From the sequence record NC_052659.1: a stretch of 64,000 bases of DNA; one strand, 5' to 3'. The notes under the pieces were generated by a model. The model was not told where the DNA came from. It worked only from the letters and a program-made list of their open reading frames with translations, and did not search any database. Within the stretch, counting starts at the first letter, position 1; every line of letters starts with the position of its first letter. The position numbers and the translations under genes are program-made. Origin of the DNA: Escherichia phage nieznany. Shown piece after piece: positions 55,682 to 63,984 of this stretch.

Positions 55682-56248
55682 TCAAAGACTATTTTCAAAG
55701 TTTTCTAGTGCGATCCTTTTTTCTTCCTCTGTCGGCTGATAATCAGGAAAAGCATCAACACACAACAACGGCGGGATCTCTTCGTACTCTTCCTCTTCCG
55801 TTGTCTCCTCGTCTTCCTCCTGGGCTATGGCTGCAATTTTGGCTAATTTTCTTTCAGCTTGAATCAATTTACCATCAAGTACGTTTTTTGCCATGTTGTA
55901 AGCGGTCCAGGTGATGCGCTTACTTTCCAGGGCCTGATCGAGCGCCGCTATCTTGCTGGGGTATTCATCCAGGACACGAAAAGCTGGATCAACTTTGTAC
56001 AAAGGATTATCTTTCGCGCCGTCGCTCGCATCTTCCGCACTGGATAAATCAGCGTTACCATTTGCCAGCCAGCCAGGGCGCACATAACGCGCTTTTACGT
56101 TGCCGTTACTACGTGCTAATCTGTTACCTATTTGCTCACCACTATATCCCGTGGATTCATCGATAAGATGATCGGGAATGATGCGCGGATCATCTGCTTC
56201 ATGTTTTACCCAAGACTGGATCACATATTCGCGGCCCATATTAACCAC
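55682..56248 (-). CDS. hypothetical protein with acidic C-terminal region
   Basis: 188 aa ORF. Confidence 0.45.
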   Translation of the reverse strand: MVNMGREYVIQSWVKHEADDPRIIPDHLIDESTGYSGEQIGNRLARSNGNVKARYVRPGWLANGNADLSSAEDASDGAKDNPLYKVDPAFRVLDEYPSKIAALDQALESKRITWTAYNMAKNVLDGKLIQAERKLAKIAAIAQEEDEETTEEEEYEEIPPLLCVDAFPDYQPTEEEKRIALENFENSL

Positions 56249-56498
56249 CTTTTTTCAACAATTGGCATACTTTAAAAAGACTTGCTGAATCCTTGCAAGG
56301 GTAGAAAGATGTACGATAATCACGTACGCCAACCTTGAGGATCTCGATGTTCTCGCATGTTGTTTGATCAAAGATATTTATTTCATCACGCCCCCTTATA
56401 TAAACATAGTGGGGATGTATTAACGCATATTTTGCTAATCTGTAAAAAGCGTTATCTTTGAACGCGATCACGTGACCTTTTAATTTGATGTAAAACAT
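56241..56498 (-). CDS. hypothetical small protein
   Basis: 85 aa ORF. Confidence 0.4.
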   Translation of the reverse strand: MFYIKLKGHVIAFKDNAFYRLAKYALIHPHYVYIRGRDEINIFDQTTCENIEILKVGVRDYRTSFYPCKDSASLFKVCQLLKKGG

Positions 56499-56574
56499 TC
56501 TACCACCTTACAAATAGCGGGAACTATTCCCGCTTTATGTAACATATTAACAAATTATTCGTTAATGTCAAGCC

Positions 56575-56847
56575 TTAAAGCAAAAACGCTACATCTTGCG
56601 CTTTTAATGTAGTGTCAACCATTTTCGGGCTTTTATAATCAACAAAGCGCGCGGTTTTTTCAATAGCAAAACCGAGATAATCTTGTTTATTGAATTTACA
56701 TTCTTTCTTAAATGTTTCCCGCGCCACGGTGATCGCTGCGTCCAGGGATAAACGCCCGTCAATATTGATATTAGCGAAAGATCCGCCACCGCTCATAGGT
56801 TTACCAGTTGTGCCAGCTACGATCATTGTTGCGCTATATGATGCCAT
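56575..56847 (-). CDS. hypothetical small protein
   Basis: 90 aa ORF. Confidence 0.4.
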   Translation of the reverse strand: MASYSATMIVAGTTGKPMSGGGSFANINIDGRLSLDAAITVARETFKKECKFNKQDYLGFAIEKTARFVDYKSPKMVDTTLKAQDVAFLL

Positions 56848-56937
56848 GATGATAATCTCTCTTCTGTTACGAGCGGGAAACCACTTCCCGCCCTATGTGA
56901 TACATCTTATCAGGTTGTTGTTTGTTGTCAATAGTTT

Positions 56938-57135
56938 TTATTCTATTCCTGCAATTTGATTAACGCGCTTGCATTTTGTAGCGTGCTGGTCTTCTGTAAT
57001 GACTCCCATTTCTAACAGGGAATCAATGAAAGATAAAACCGTTTCATGATCATCCTGGGGGTGACTGAACTCAGTAAAACCGTTTACCACTACGTTGATT
57101 TGTCCAGCTTTCGCCACAATGTGCAATGTTGCCAT
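56938..57135 (-). CDS. hypothetical small protein
   Basis: GGAG then ATG 57135. Confidence 0.35.
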   Translation of the reverse strand: MATLHIVAKAGQINVVVNGFTEFSHPQDDHETVLSFIDSLLEMGVITEDQHATKCKRVNQIAGIE

Positions 57136-57321
57136 GATCTTAACTCCAAATAGTGAGCGGCACCATTGCCGCCCTACAAGATGAATACTACGCCGCCGTC
57201 TGGTTAACGTCAACCATTTTTCAATCTTTTTTATTTTCTTTTTGCTTGCTATATATAAAGAAAAGGGCTATTATCTTTCTACCGCGCCAACCAGGGCGCA
57301 CAACAAAGAAAGGGCGATACC

Positions 57322-57585
57322 ATGACAACTACATTACACCTTATGCACTCATTGGGCTGGCAAGGCGGCACGGTGCACCAGGTAGCAAGCGCAACGGGCT
57401 TAAAGGTTGAAACAGTTCTCAACCTGGGCGATCATAGGGTGGAAGAAATAGATCATTTTGATACGTTCGCAAATGGTTATCTATGGGCTTGCAGTGGCGG
57501 CGGGGAAAGCAAGATACCACCAGGGGCGCGGGGCGATATGTATTTTTGGTTAGGTGTCCTATCCTGGCAAGAAAACAAAAAATAA
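57322..57585 (+). CDS. hypothetical protein in GC-rich island (plus strand, opposite to neighbours); coding status uncertain
   Basis: 87 aa ORF with AAGGG upstream; local GC content visibly higher than surrounding phage DNA. Confidence 0.3.
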   Translation: MTTTLHLMHSLGWQGGTVHQVASATGLKVETVLNLGDHRVEEIDHFDTFANGYLWACSGGGESKIPPGARGDMYFWLGVLSWQENKK

Positions 57586-57587
57586 TC

Positions 57588-57616
57588 TTGACAAGCCCAG
57601 GGATCGGGCTTATACT
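57588..57616 (+). promoter_or_regulatory. near-consensus sigma70 promoter TTGACA-17-TATACT on plus strand
   Basis: Seen in sequence; spacer AGCCCAGGGATCGGGCT is itself an inverted repeat. Confidence 0.5.
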
Positions 57617-57845
57617 GTTTTACATACAGAAGAGGAAGCGCCACCCCCACGGCGTAAAGGCGGGGCTAACATACCAGGGGGCACTGGTTGGAAGGTTGAT
57701 CGCCGGTAGGCTGGGCGCTATATATTTGTAAAGAAATGTAAAGATAAAATAATCGCTTGCTTTCCTAGCTGGATCTGTTATTCTTATTACATGGCGAGGG
57801 GACACGGGAGCGCGAGACAAACACCGCCCCTGCGCGTCATTCTCT

Positions 57846-57953
57846 AAATGAGATTGATTCTTATTTAATAAGGTAAATGACAATCATTCTCATTTATAAA
57901 CTTAAATGCGAATCATTATCATTTGCATTTCCATATGAGAACTCTTCTCATTT
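57846..57953. repeat. four 21-bp palindromic sites (AAATGAGA-N5-TCTCATTT type) at exact 29-bp periodicity: iteron/operator-like array
   Basis: Sites begin at 57846, 57875, 57904, 57933. Confidence 0.6.
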
Positions 57954-57975
57954 TCACCTGCATAAAAATTTTTGT

Positions 57976-58152
57976 AAACTTTAAATTTTGCTTTTGTACT
58001 TTCATTTTTGTAAAAGCAAAAAAACTTTAAATACTGTGGGCGCGCAAAATTTTTAAAATTTTCCTTGACTTTTGAGTTTTGTTTTGTATCTAACATTTTA
58101 AGATAATTTTCCTAAACTTTAAATTTTGGTTTTCAACTTTCACTTTTGTAAA
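57976..58152. repeat. two copies of a 39-bp direct repeat AAACTTTAAATTTTG(C/G)TTTT..ACTTTCA(T/C)TTTTGTAAA (57976-58014 and 58114-58152) in an AT-rich noncoding region
   Basis: Seen in sequence. Confidence 0.55.
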
Positions 58153-58394
58153 TTCTTAAAAAGTTTAAATAATTTGAGGGATTTTTGAGATAAAAGATAG
58201 TGGGAATTTGATATAACCTTTAATCTTATTGGTAAACCTTCAGGAACCCACTCAGATCGAATCCTAGTGATGCAAACTGAAAAAGACAAGGGTTTGTATA
58301 GGACAAAATAACAGGCTCTCTACGGTGCTGTAGGAGCCTTATTTCTGGGCTACAAAGTGACACCTTTGTTCTAAAAATGAAAAAAGTTAAAATA

Positions 58395-58937
58395 TCACAA
58401 ATATCGTCTTTGCGGTATTTTGTCTGGGAAAAGTATTTCGATCAGTTTATTATGATATTTGCCTAAAAGATTCTGCCCTTTCCAGGTAGCAGGGTTTAGC
58501 ACCCCTGGTTCATACATTCCCATTCCAATACCGTAAACCTTATCGTAAGGACTTGCTTCAACAAACGTTTTGTATTGGTAAAGGTGTAAGTCTGCATACA
58601 AATCTGGATTCTGTACATATTTCAAGCATAAGCCTCGCATAACAATACGCTCACGGTTCTCTTCCCACATATCATTATTAAAACCAGATACCGCTCGACC
58701 CATACGTTTGTAGTATGCTTGTTTCCTCTCGTTGTCACGTATAGTTGAGTGATCAAGGATAGCTGCTGCAATCGCATGATCCTTGAACAGCAAAGCCTTA
58801 CGCCACATCATATATTGCTCAACACAACAGAAAGTCTCATTGTAACCTGGTTCAGTTTCTGTAAAGGGTGCAATATACCAATTACTAAACACATCTTTAT
58901 GTGAAAAGAAGAATACATATTCATCAGTTATTCTCAT
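58395..58937 (-). CDS. NADAR / YbiA-like (DUF1768) domain protein
   Basis: N-terminal YVFFFSHKDVFSNWYIAPF and EQYMMWRKALLFKD resemble the NADAR family signature. Confidence 0.5.
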   Translation of the reverse strand: MRITDEYVFFFSHKDVFSNWYIAPFTETEPGYNETFCCVEQYMMWRKALLFKDHAIAAAILDHSTIRDNERKQAYYKRMGRAVSGFNNDMWEENRERIVMRGLCLKYVQNPDLYADLHLYQYKTFVEASPYDKVYGIGMGMYEPGVLNPATWKGQNLLGKYHNKLIEILFPDKIPQRRYL

Positions 58938-59149
58938 TTTTTCATGCCTTCTAAAACTTTAGCTTGCCCGTCTTGAAAAGCTTTCATCAGAACTATCTTA
59001 AGATTGACTTCCAAACGTTCTTCATCCTCTCTATAACAATCCAACACTGCTTTAAGTTCATCATAGTGGTTCAGAATAGGTTTAAAGATTTCATGATCTG
59101 CTAAACGTGCCATAGTTTCTCCTTTGTTAGTCCATCCACCAGTAGCCAT
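58934..59149 (-). CDS. hypothetical protein
   Basis: 71 aa ORF. Confidence 0.4.
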   Translation of the reverse strand: MATGGWTNKGETMARLADHEIFKPILNHYDELKAVLDCYREDEERLEVNLKIVLMKAFQDGQAKVLEGMKK

Positions 59150-59492
59150 AAACTGCGTCTGCGTCGATGAGTTTGTGTTTGTTGTTCCGCATGTAGTCTA
59201 AGATAAGTAGACGTTTATTGTATCTGGAGAGATTATGACCCTCTTTTCCGCCATAGTCAAAATATTTTGCAAGATCTTTACACTCAAACAAAATCAGTTC
59301 GGGAGTTTCTTCACACTGGTCTGTCTGGTACACTTGACGAATGATCATGTATACATCGTCGTCTTCCGCTAAATGCTCTACTGGTCCACATCCAGCAGGA
59401 ACAAATTCATAGTCCCATCTGATCAGATGTTTCTCTACTGCTTCAAAGAAATCCATCCTTTCATTGCGCATAATTTGAACGTCAACTAACAT
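59127..59492 (-). CDS. hypothetical protein
   Basis: 121 aa ORF. Confidence 0.4.
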   Translation of the reverse strand: MLVDVQIMRNERMDFFEAVEKHLIRWDYEFVPAGCGPVEHLAEDDDVYMIIRQVYQTDQCEETPELILFECKDLAKYFDYGGKEGHNLSRYNKRLLILDYMRNNKHKLIDADAVYGYWWMD

Positions 59493-60946
59493 GTTTCCTC
59501 CTCTCTCATTATTCCACCTGCTTGGTTGATAGCACTTAAGACGATAGCCAAATCCTCGCGCAGGAAGGTTTCACTATGACCATCTTTCATGTGCAAGCGT
59601 TCTACACAGCCAATAGACGGTAGAATCTGATCAGTCTTAGACTTTAGCTTACTCTCTAACGCCCTGCAAGCTTGGTAGGACGGCAGATCGAACAATGCTA
59701 TACGGCGCATAGAGTAATTGTTGTTTGCATTCTGCCCTTTGATCCTGATATCACTGTCCTTTGCAATCCCCAACTTGTAAGCTCCCGTGTCTTCTCCGTA
59801 CTCATCAAGAATAATATTGATGTAAAATTCTTGCATATTTCTGTTCTTACAGCCTGGACAACCTTTCCCATTGAGATAATCGGTAGGTGTGATCGTTTGC
59901 TCTCCATGCTCCCTACATAGATATTTAAACTTGCTGTTATTGCTTACCTTATCAATGAATCCTATAAATTGATCCCCTCGTTCCTGGCAAGCTTTGGTCA
60001 TACGGTAGGCCCATTGTTCAGGAGTGTAATGATAATATTTAGAACAACGGCAAGGAAGGCCACCCCTTTTCAAATGACTCATCTTCATCTCAAATTTATT
60101 ATCGCATAAGCCTTCTTTACAATAATCATCCTCTGCACATATAGGACATTCTACAATCCAGTAAACCTGACGACCTAATCTATCTACTCTATCGCTACGA
60201 TAATATTTACGCTCTACATTATCAGGACAAGCTTTTATAAAATCTTCAACATGTTGTTTATCCTCCATAGTATTCCTTTGTTTCGTCATTTCTCTTTGAC
60301 AACTGTAGCATCCAGTCCCTTGTTTAGCACTGTTTACAGTGGTAGTGCACCATTGACCATGAACCTTACACTCACAAATCAACTTAGTGCGGGAACCGTT
60401 CCACGGTTCCACATAGCCTCTAACAATCCAGGGTTTTTCTTTATAAGCTTCTTCTACTTCTTCTTTATGTTTCTCCCATGCAATCGATGTTCTTTCTCTG
60501 TTTGCTTCTCCCATACACTTCCTGCATCCACTCCCGTTTTTCGCAGAAGATATAGAAGTAGACCTCCACTCCCCATGTAAAGCACAACAACAAACCAGTT
60601 TAGTATTCCATCCTTTCCATTCTCCGTGCCATCCTGTAACAGTCCAAAACTTACCTGCCTGATTGTAAGTGGTTTGCACTTCTTCTTTATATTGCTCCCA
60701 GGTTTTTGATTTGTTTATAGATACTGCTTTACTTATAATCTCCCTACCGCATTCTGGACAACCCCTCCCTAGTTTAGCGGTATTTATGCTTGTTGTTTTC
60801 CATTCTCCATGCAGAGCACAGATGCATCTAAGTTTAGTTTTATTGCCGTTCCACGGCTCAATATAATCTACAACAGTCCAAGACTTACCTTGATAAGCTT
60901 GTTTTATATCTGTTTTATATTGTTCCCAAGTGACTATTTTTGGCAC
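59486..60946 (-). CDS. zinc-finger repeat protein (three or four about 65-aa Cys/His modules) with possible C-terminal GIY-YIG-like nuclease domain
   Basis: Repeated W..Y.EPWNG..TKL.C.C..HGEW.T....AK.G.GC..C modules; C-terminal FYINIIL-x9-YKLGIA-x6-R resembles GIY-(10)-YIG-R. Confidence 0.35.
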   Translation of the reverse strand: MPKIVTWEQYKTDIKQAYQGKSWTVVDYIEPWNGNKTKLRCICALHGEWKTTSINTAKLGRGCPECGREIISKAVSINKSKTWEQYKEEVQTTYNQAGKFWTVTGWHGEWKGWNTKLVCCCALHGEWRSTSISSAKNGSGCRKCMGEANRERTSIAWEKHKEEVEEAYKEKPWIVRGYVEPWNGSRTKLICECKVHGQWCTTTVNSAKQGTGCYSCQREMTKQRNTMEDKQHVEDFIKACPDNVERKYYRSDRVDRLGRQVYWIVECPICAEDDYCKEGLCDNKFEMKMSHLKRGGLPCRCSKYYHYTPEQWAYRMTKACQERGDQFIGFIDKVSNNSKFKYLCREHGEQTITPTDYLNGKGCPGCKNRNMQEFYINIILDEYGEDTGAYKLGIAKDSDIRIKGQNANNNYSMRRIALFDLPSYQACRALESKLKSKTDQILPSIGCVERLHMKDGHSETFLREDLAIVLSAINQAGGIMREEETC

Positions 60947-61034
60947 ACCTCCCCCTTTAGCTATTAGTGCGAGCCTACAACAAAAGAATAACTAAAATCC
61001 CTCCATAACAAATGCCCCTTGCGGGGCATCTTTA

Positions 61035-62174
61035 TTAGAACACGCTACCAAGTGTAGTGGAACGTTGTGTTACAGGCTCCAGCACCACTCGCAAAGTGTT
61101 TCCTGGTGTAGTGCTCATAACCAGAATCTTACCACCTTCAATCAGATCACAAGTTAGACCATCAGCCGTTGCACATAGATCAATATGTGGATCACCATCT
61201 TCATCCAGGATAACATAACTGTTGGTTTCCATTGCTTCCACTTCATCATCTTTCAAACTTTGTAGATAGATGTTCAGGGAACAAGCACCCGACAAAAACT
61301 TAGTAGGGGTGAAGTCGTGCCAGTTATTGATCCAATTCACCTTCAAGGTTTTGCCATTAGCTACGATAGAAGCCACATTCCATTTAGCATCGTTCCCTAA
61401 AGAAATACCCATCATTTCAAGACATTCTTTAAAAGTCATTTTTGGATAGAAATTCAATTCTTCTACAATGCCTTGAATAACATCGAAAGACAACTCTGTG
61501 CTAACATCCCATAAACGTTGGAAGTTATCTACGTGCTTTTTATTTACCAAGTTCTTATCCAAGTAATCTAACATAGTTTCACTAGACAGTTTATCGTAAT
61601 TGAAACTGTAGTAGATACGACTAGGACGGTTTACAAAATATTCCGAGATATAACCACTATTTTTAGTGAGGATGTAAAGTTTATTCCCACTTCCTGTTCC
61701 ATCCAACAAGGTCAACAGTGCTTCCTGATCTTCTTTCTTAGCGTACACTTTATCAAATTCGTCAAATAAAACAACAGCACGATCTGTAATTTTACTCATA
61801 AATTCTAAGAAGCCAGCATCTGTGTAAGGCTGTGTAACCAAAATGGTTGGAATACCTAAACCTTCTGTGGACATTAGAGACATGCTAATCAGTTTAGCTA
61901 ACATCGTCTTACCACTGCCTTTTGTCCCTGTCAGTAACACCCCAGTATTTTTACCTTCTTTACTACGACGAGCAAATGTTTTAATAACATGTGCGGCGCG
62001 ATTTTTAGTTTCCCCATAAAGAGTGTTCGGAAGAGAGAAACTTTCACCACGCACTAAAGAGTAGTTACCGTGCGGATCGCAGTTGACAACCCAAACTCCA
62101 GCAGGAAGTTTATTAGCTTCAACGCCATATTCCTTATTTACAACAGCTACATCTCCAAAAATAGTGTATTTCAT
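61035..62174 (-). CDS. AAA-family ATPase
   Basis: Walker A GTKGSGKT, Walker B VVLFDEFDK, sensor-1-like ILTKN and RPSRI. Confidence 0.6.
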   Translation of the reverse strand: MKYTIFGDVAVVNKEYGVEANKLPAGVWVVNCDPHGNYSLVRGESFSLPNTLYGETKNRAAHVIKTFARRSKEGKNTGVLLTGTKGSGKTMLAKLISMSLMSTEGLGIPTILVTQPYTDAGFLEFMSKITDRAVVLFDEFDKVYAKKEDQEALLTLLDGTGSGNKLYILTKNSGYISEYFVNRPSRIYYSFNYDKLSSETMLDYLDKNLVNKKHVDNFQRLWDVSTELSFDVIQGIVEELNFYPKMTFKECLEMMGISLGNDAKWNVASIVANGKTLKVNWINNWHDFTPTKFLSGACSLNIYLQSLKDDEVEAMETNSYVILDEDGDPHIDLCATADGLTCDLIEGGKILVMSTTPGNTLRVVLEPVTQRSTTLGSVF

Positions 62175-62530
62175 TAGAACGTTTCTCCTTTTAAAATAAT
62201 TACTGTAAACTTTGCAGTTTTTTCACTCTTAATATTCTTGACTAATAAGTATTCTCCTCCAGGGGCATCTTTGTATTGTTTAATAGCTACTATTTCATTT
62301 TTGCAAGTAGCTATAATCGAATAAAAAGGACGTTCCGTGTTATCTTCTTTTCCCGTATATGCCTCAACATCTTTACACTCTTCTAGAACACCATTCCCAG
62401 GTGTATAGTAAAACTTGTTGCCTGTGATCACAACATCTTTACCAATATCTGTTTTAACTGCTACAAATTTTTGAGCGTAAGTGGTGAAGCTTACGGTAGC
62501 CAGCAATGTGGCTAAGATTAGTTTTTTCAT
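62174..62530 (-). CDS. secreted protein (signal peptide)
   Basis: GGAGGGAAG then ATG 62530; MKKLILATLLATVSFTTYA signal. Confidence 0.45.
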   Translation of the reverse strand: MKKLILATLLATVSFTTYAQKFVAVKTDIGKDVVITGNKFYYTPGNGVLEECKDVEAYTGKEDNTERPFYSIIATCKNEIVAIKQYKDAPGGEYLLVKNIKSEKTAKFTVIILKGETF

Positions 62531-62541
62531 AAACTTCCCTC

Positions 62542-62706
62542 CTATTCCCACAACATACAAATCGCAGCGACAAACATATTAGCAATAGCCGCACCAAGAA
62601 CTATAAACATCGCCAGTTCAGAACAATATTCACCAACCAAAGGGGATACTATTGCACAGAGTAACCCCAATGTCAAACACAAGTTGATGATGAAGTTTAA
62701 AATCAT
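62542..62706 (-). CDS. small membrane protein (54 aa)
   Basis: AAGGAGAGAAT then ATG; hydrophobic manual translation MILNFIINLCLTLGLLCA... Confidence 0.3.
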   Translation of the reverse strand: MILNFIINLCLTLGLLCAIVSPLVGEYCSELAMFIVLGAAIANMFVAAICMLWE

Positions 62707-62715
62707 ATTCTCTCC

Positions 62716-62907
62716 TTACAACCAACCTTTTGCCTGATAGCCTTTAGAAAATCCATCTTCCCATTCTTCGAATTCCTTTTTGTGTGTCATTGGACAATAT
62801 GGATTTACTTTATTAAACATACCAAACTTGAACCCTGCGGTATACCCCTTCTTAAAAGCTATTGATTCTAAAGAGATCATATTCTTTCTCCTCTTAGAAC
62901 TCGACAA
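62716..62907 (-). CDS. hypothetical small protein
   Basis: 63 aa ORF. Confidence 0.35.
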   Translation of the reverse strand: MSSSKRRKNMISLESIAFKKGYTAGFKFGMFNKVNPYCPMTHKKEFEEWEDGFSKGYQAKGWL

Positions 62908-63145
62908 TGATTTTGTCTAAGTGTTCTGCTTCAACTTGGGATAATGTTAACACCTGCACCAAACCTCTGTCAATACCAATTTTAATGACTTGCAAATAAT
63001 CACCAAAAAGATCTGATAAAGAAATAGCATGTTCCGTAACTACAATAACTTCATTACCTTTAGTGTATTCTTTCCACACCCGACCACATTTATAAATGTA
63101 ATCTTTTTGATCTTCAGTAATCATTTTAGGTTTGATACTTAGCAT
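62894..63145 (-). CDS. hypothetical protein
   Basis: 83 aa ORF. Confidence 0.4.
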   Translation of the reverse strand: MLSIKPKMITEDQKDYIYKCGRVWKEYTKGNEVIVVTEHAISLSDLFGDYLQVIKIGIDRGLVQVLTLSQVEAEHLDKIIVEF

Positions 63146-63483
63146 TAAAGACTCCCGTATTCTGGTTCAATATTATGTTTACGACAAATAGTATCCCAAC
63201 GTTCATTACCAAAACTTCTTCCATGTAGAGCGTTAAATGCGAAATGCTCTGCCAACCACAATACTACATCATCAGGATCTGTGTCAAGAGGAATTCTAAA
63301 CTCTCGATCATAACGCATACGCAGAATAAAATCCTTATCATCTTCAAGGAGATACATGTGACTTTTAGCCCGTGATGCCAAATCAAAGAAAGGAGGCTCG
63401 TCTTTCCAAACGTGACGCTCAACTTCAACACCATGATCAACTACCAGAGTAGCGATCACCTCTCTCATTTCTTTACTAAACAT
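63145..63483 (-). CDS. hypothetical protein
   Basis: GGAGG then ATG 63483. Confidence 0.4.
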   Translation of the reverse strand: MFSKEMREVIATLVVDHGVEVERHVWKDEPPFFDLASRAKSHMYLLEDDKDFILRMRYDREFRIPLDTDPDDVVLWLAEHFAFNALHGRSFGNERWDTICRKHNIEPEYGSL

Positions 63484-63493
63484 ATTACCTCCA

Positions 63494-63682
63494 TTAACCA
63501 ATTAGTTCAACCGATTTGCAAATGTAGATCCAAACTGGAGTGAGCATAAGAGCTATACCGAATGCACAATTCCACTTAATTCCCATTTCCTCTATTAGAG
63601 ACATGATTAAGCCAACAGCACTAATAATCAGATAGATCCCTAAGAAAGCCATTGTGAAGAATTCAGACATATTTAGCTCCAA
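63494..63682 (-). CDS. small membrane protein
   Basis: hydrophobic MAFLGIYLIISAVGLIMSLI. Confidence 0.35.
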   Translation of the reverse strand: MELNMSEFFTMAFLGIYLIISAVGLIMSLIEEMGIKWNCAFGIALMLTPVWIYICKSVELIG

Positions 63683-63984
63683 AGATTATCAAAATAATTA
63701 GCGAATAAAAGACGGCCTTCTAATCGTGCCTTCCTTTGATCTTCAGCATACACGATTTCTGGATTACCACTATCAATAAAAGCATTCTCCATCTTTTCTA
63801 AAATATTTAACCACTCTCTTCTACCTGTCTCCTCTTCTTCATCTGTATACGGCGCACTTCTATTTGGATACAAAACACGCATCAGTTTAGTTGGGATCAT
63901 GACAAACGTGCTATTGTTTGCCTTCTCACGGAAGGCTTTAATTCCTGCATAGATTACCTTCCCCAAAGCTGCATCCAAATCCAT
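63673..63984 (-). CDS. hypothetical protein
   Basis: 103 aa ORF. Confidence 0.4.
   Translation of the reverse strand: MDLDAALGKVIYAGIKAFREKANNSTFVMIPTKLMRVLYPNRSAPYTDEEEETGRREWLNILEKMENAFIDSGNPEIVYAEDQRKARLEGRLLFANYFDNLWS

Larger units (their letters stand above)
50060..57215 (-). repeat. array of about 18 promoter plus stem-loop cassettes (PeSL-like) each preceding a small gene
   Basis: Repeated unit on minus strand: TTGACA-like -35, about 17 bp, TA-rich -10, then hairpin (GGCGGCAATGGTGCCGCC in 5 copies; variants such as GGGGCGGCAACGCCCC and GGCGGGAAGTGGTTTCCCGCC keep base pairing), then RBS and ATG. Confidence 0.7.

Noticed and set aside
50060-57215. Regularly repeated GGCGGCACCATTGCCGCC-type elements separated by variable sequence, superficially CRISPR-like
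   Set aside because: Repeats are not uniform in length or sequence, the 'spacers' are 150-600 bp and contain ORFs with RBSs, and each repeat is coupled to a -35/-10 promoter; this fits promoter plus stem-loop cassettes, not a CRISPR array.
57620-57883. Minus-strand 87-aa ORF and plus-strand ORF 57483..57731 in the GC-rich island
   Set aside because: No RBS, odd composition (Pro/Ala/Arg-rich), mutually overlapping; more likely noncoding or leader sequence downstream of the 57588 promoter.
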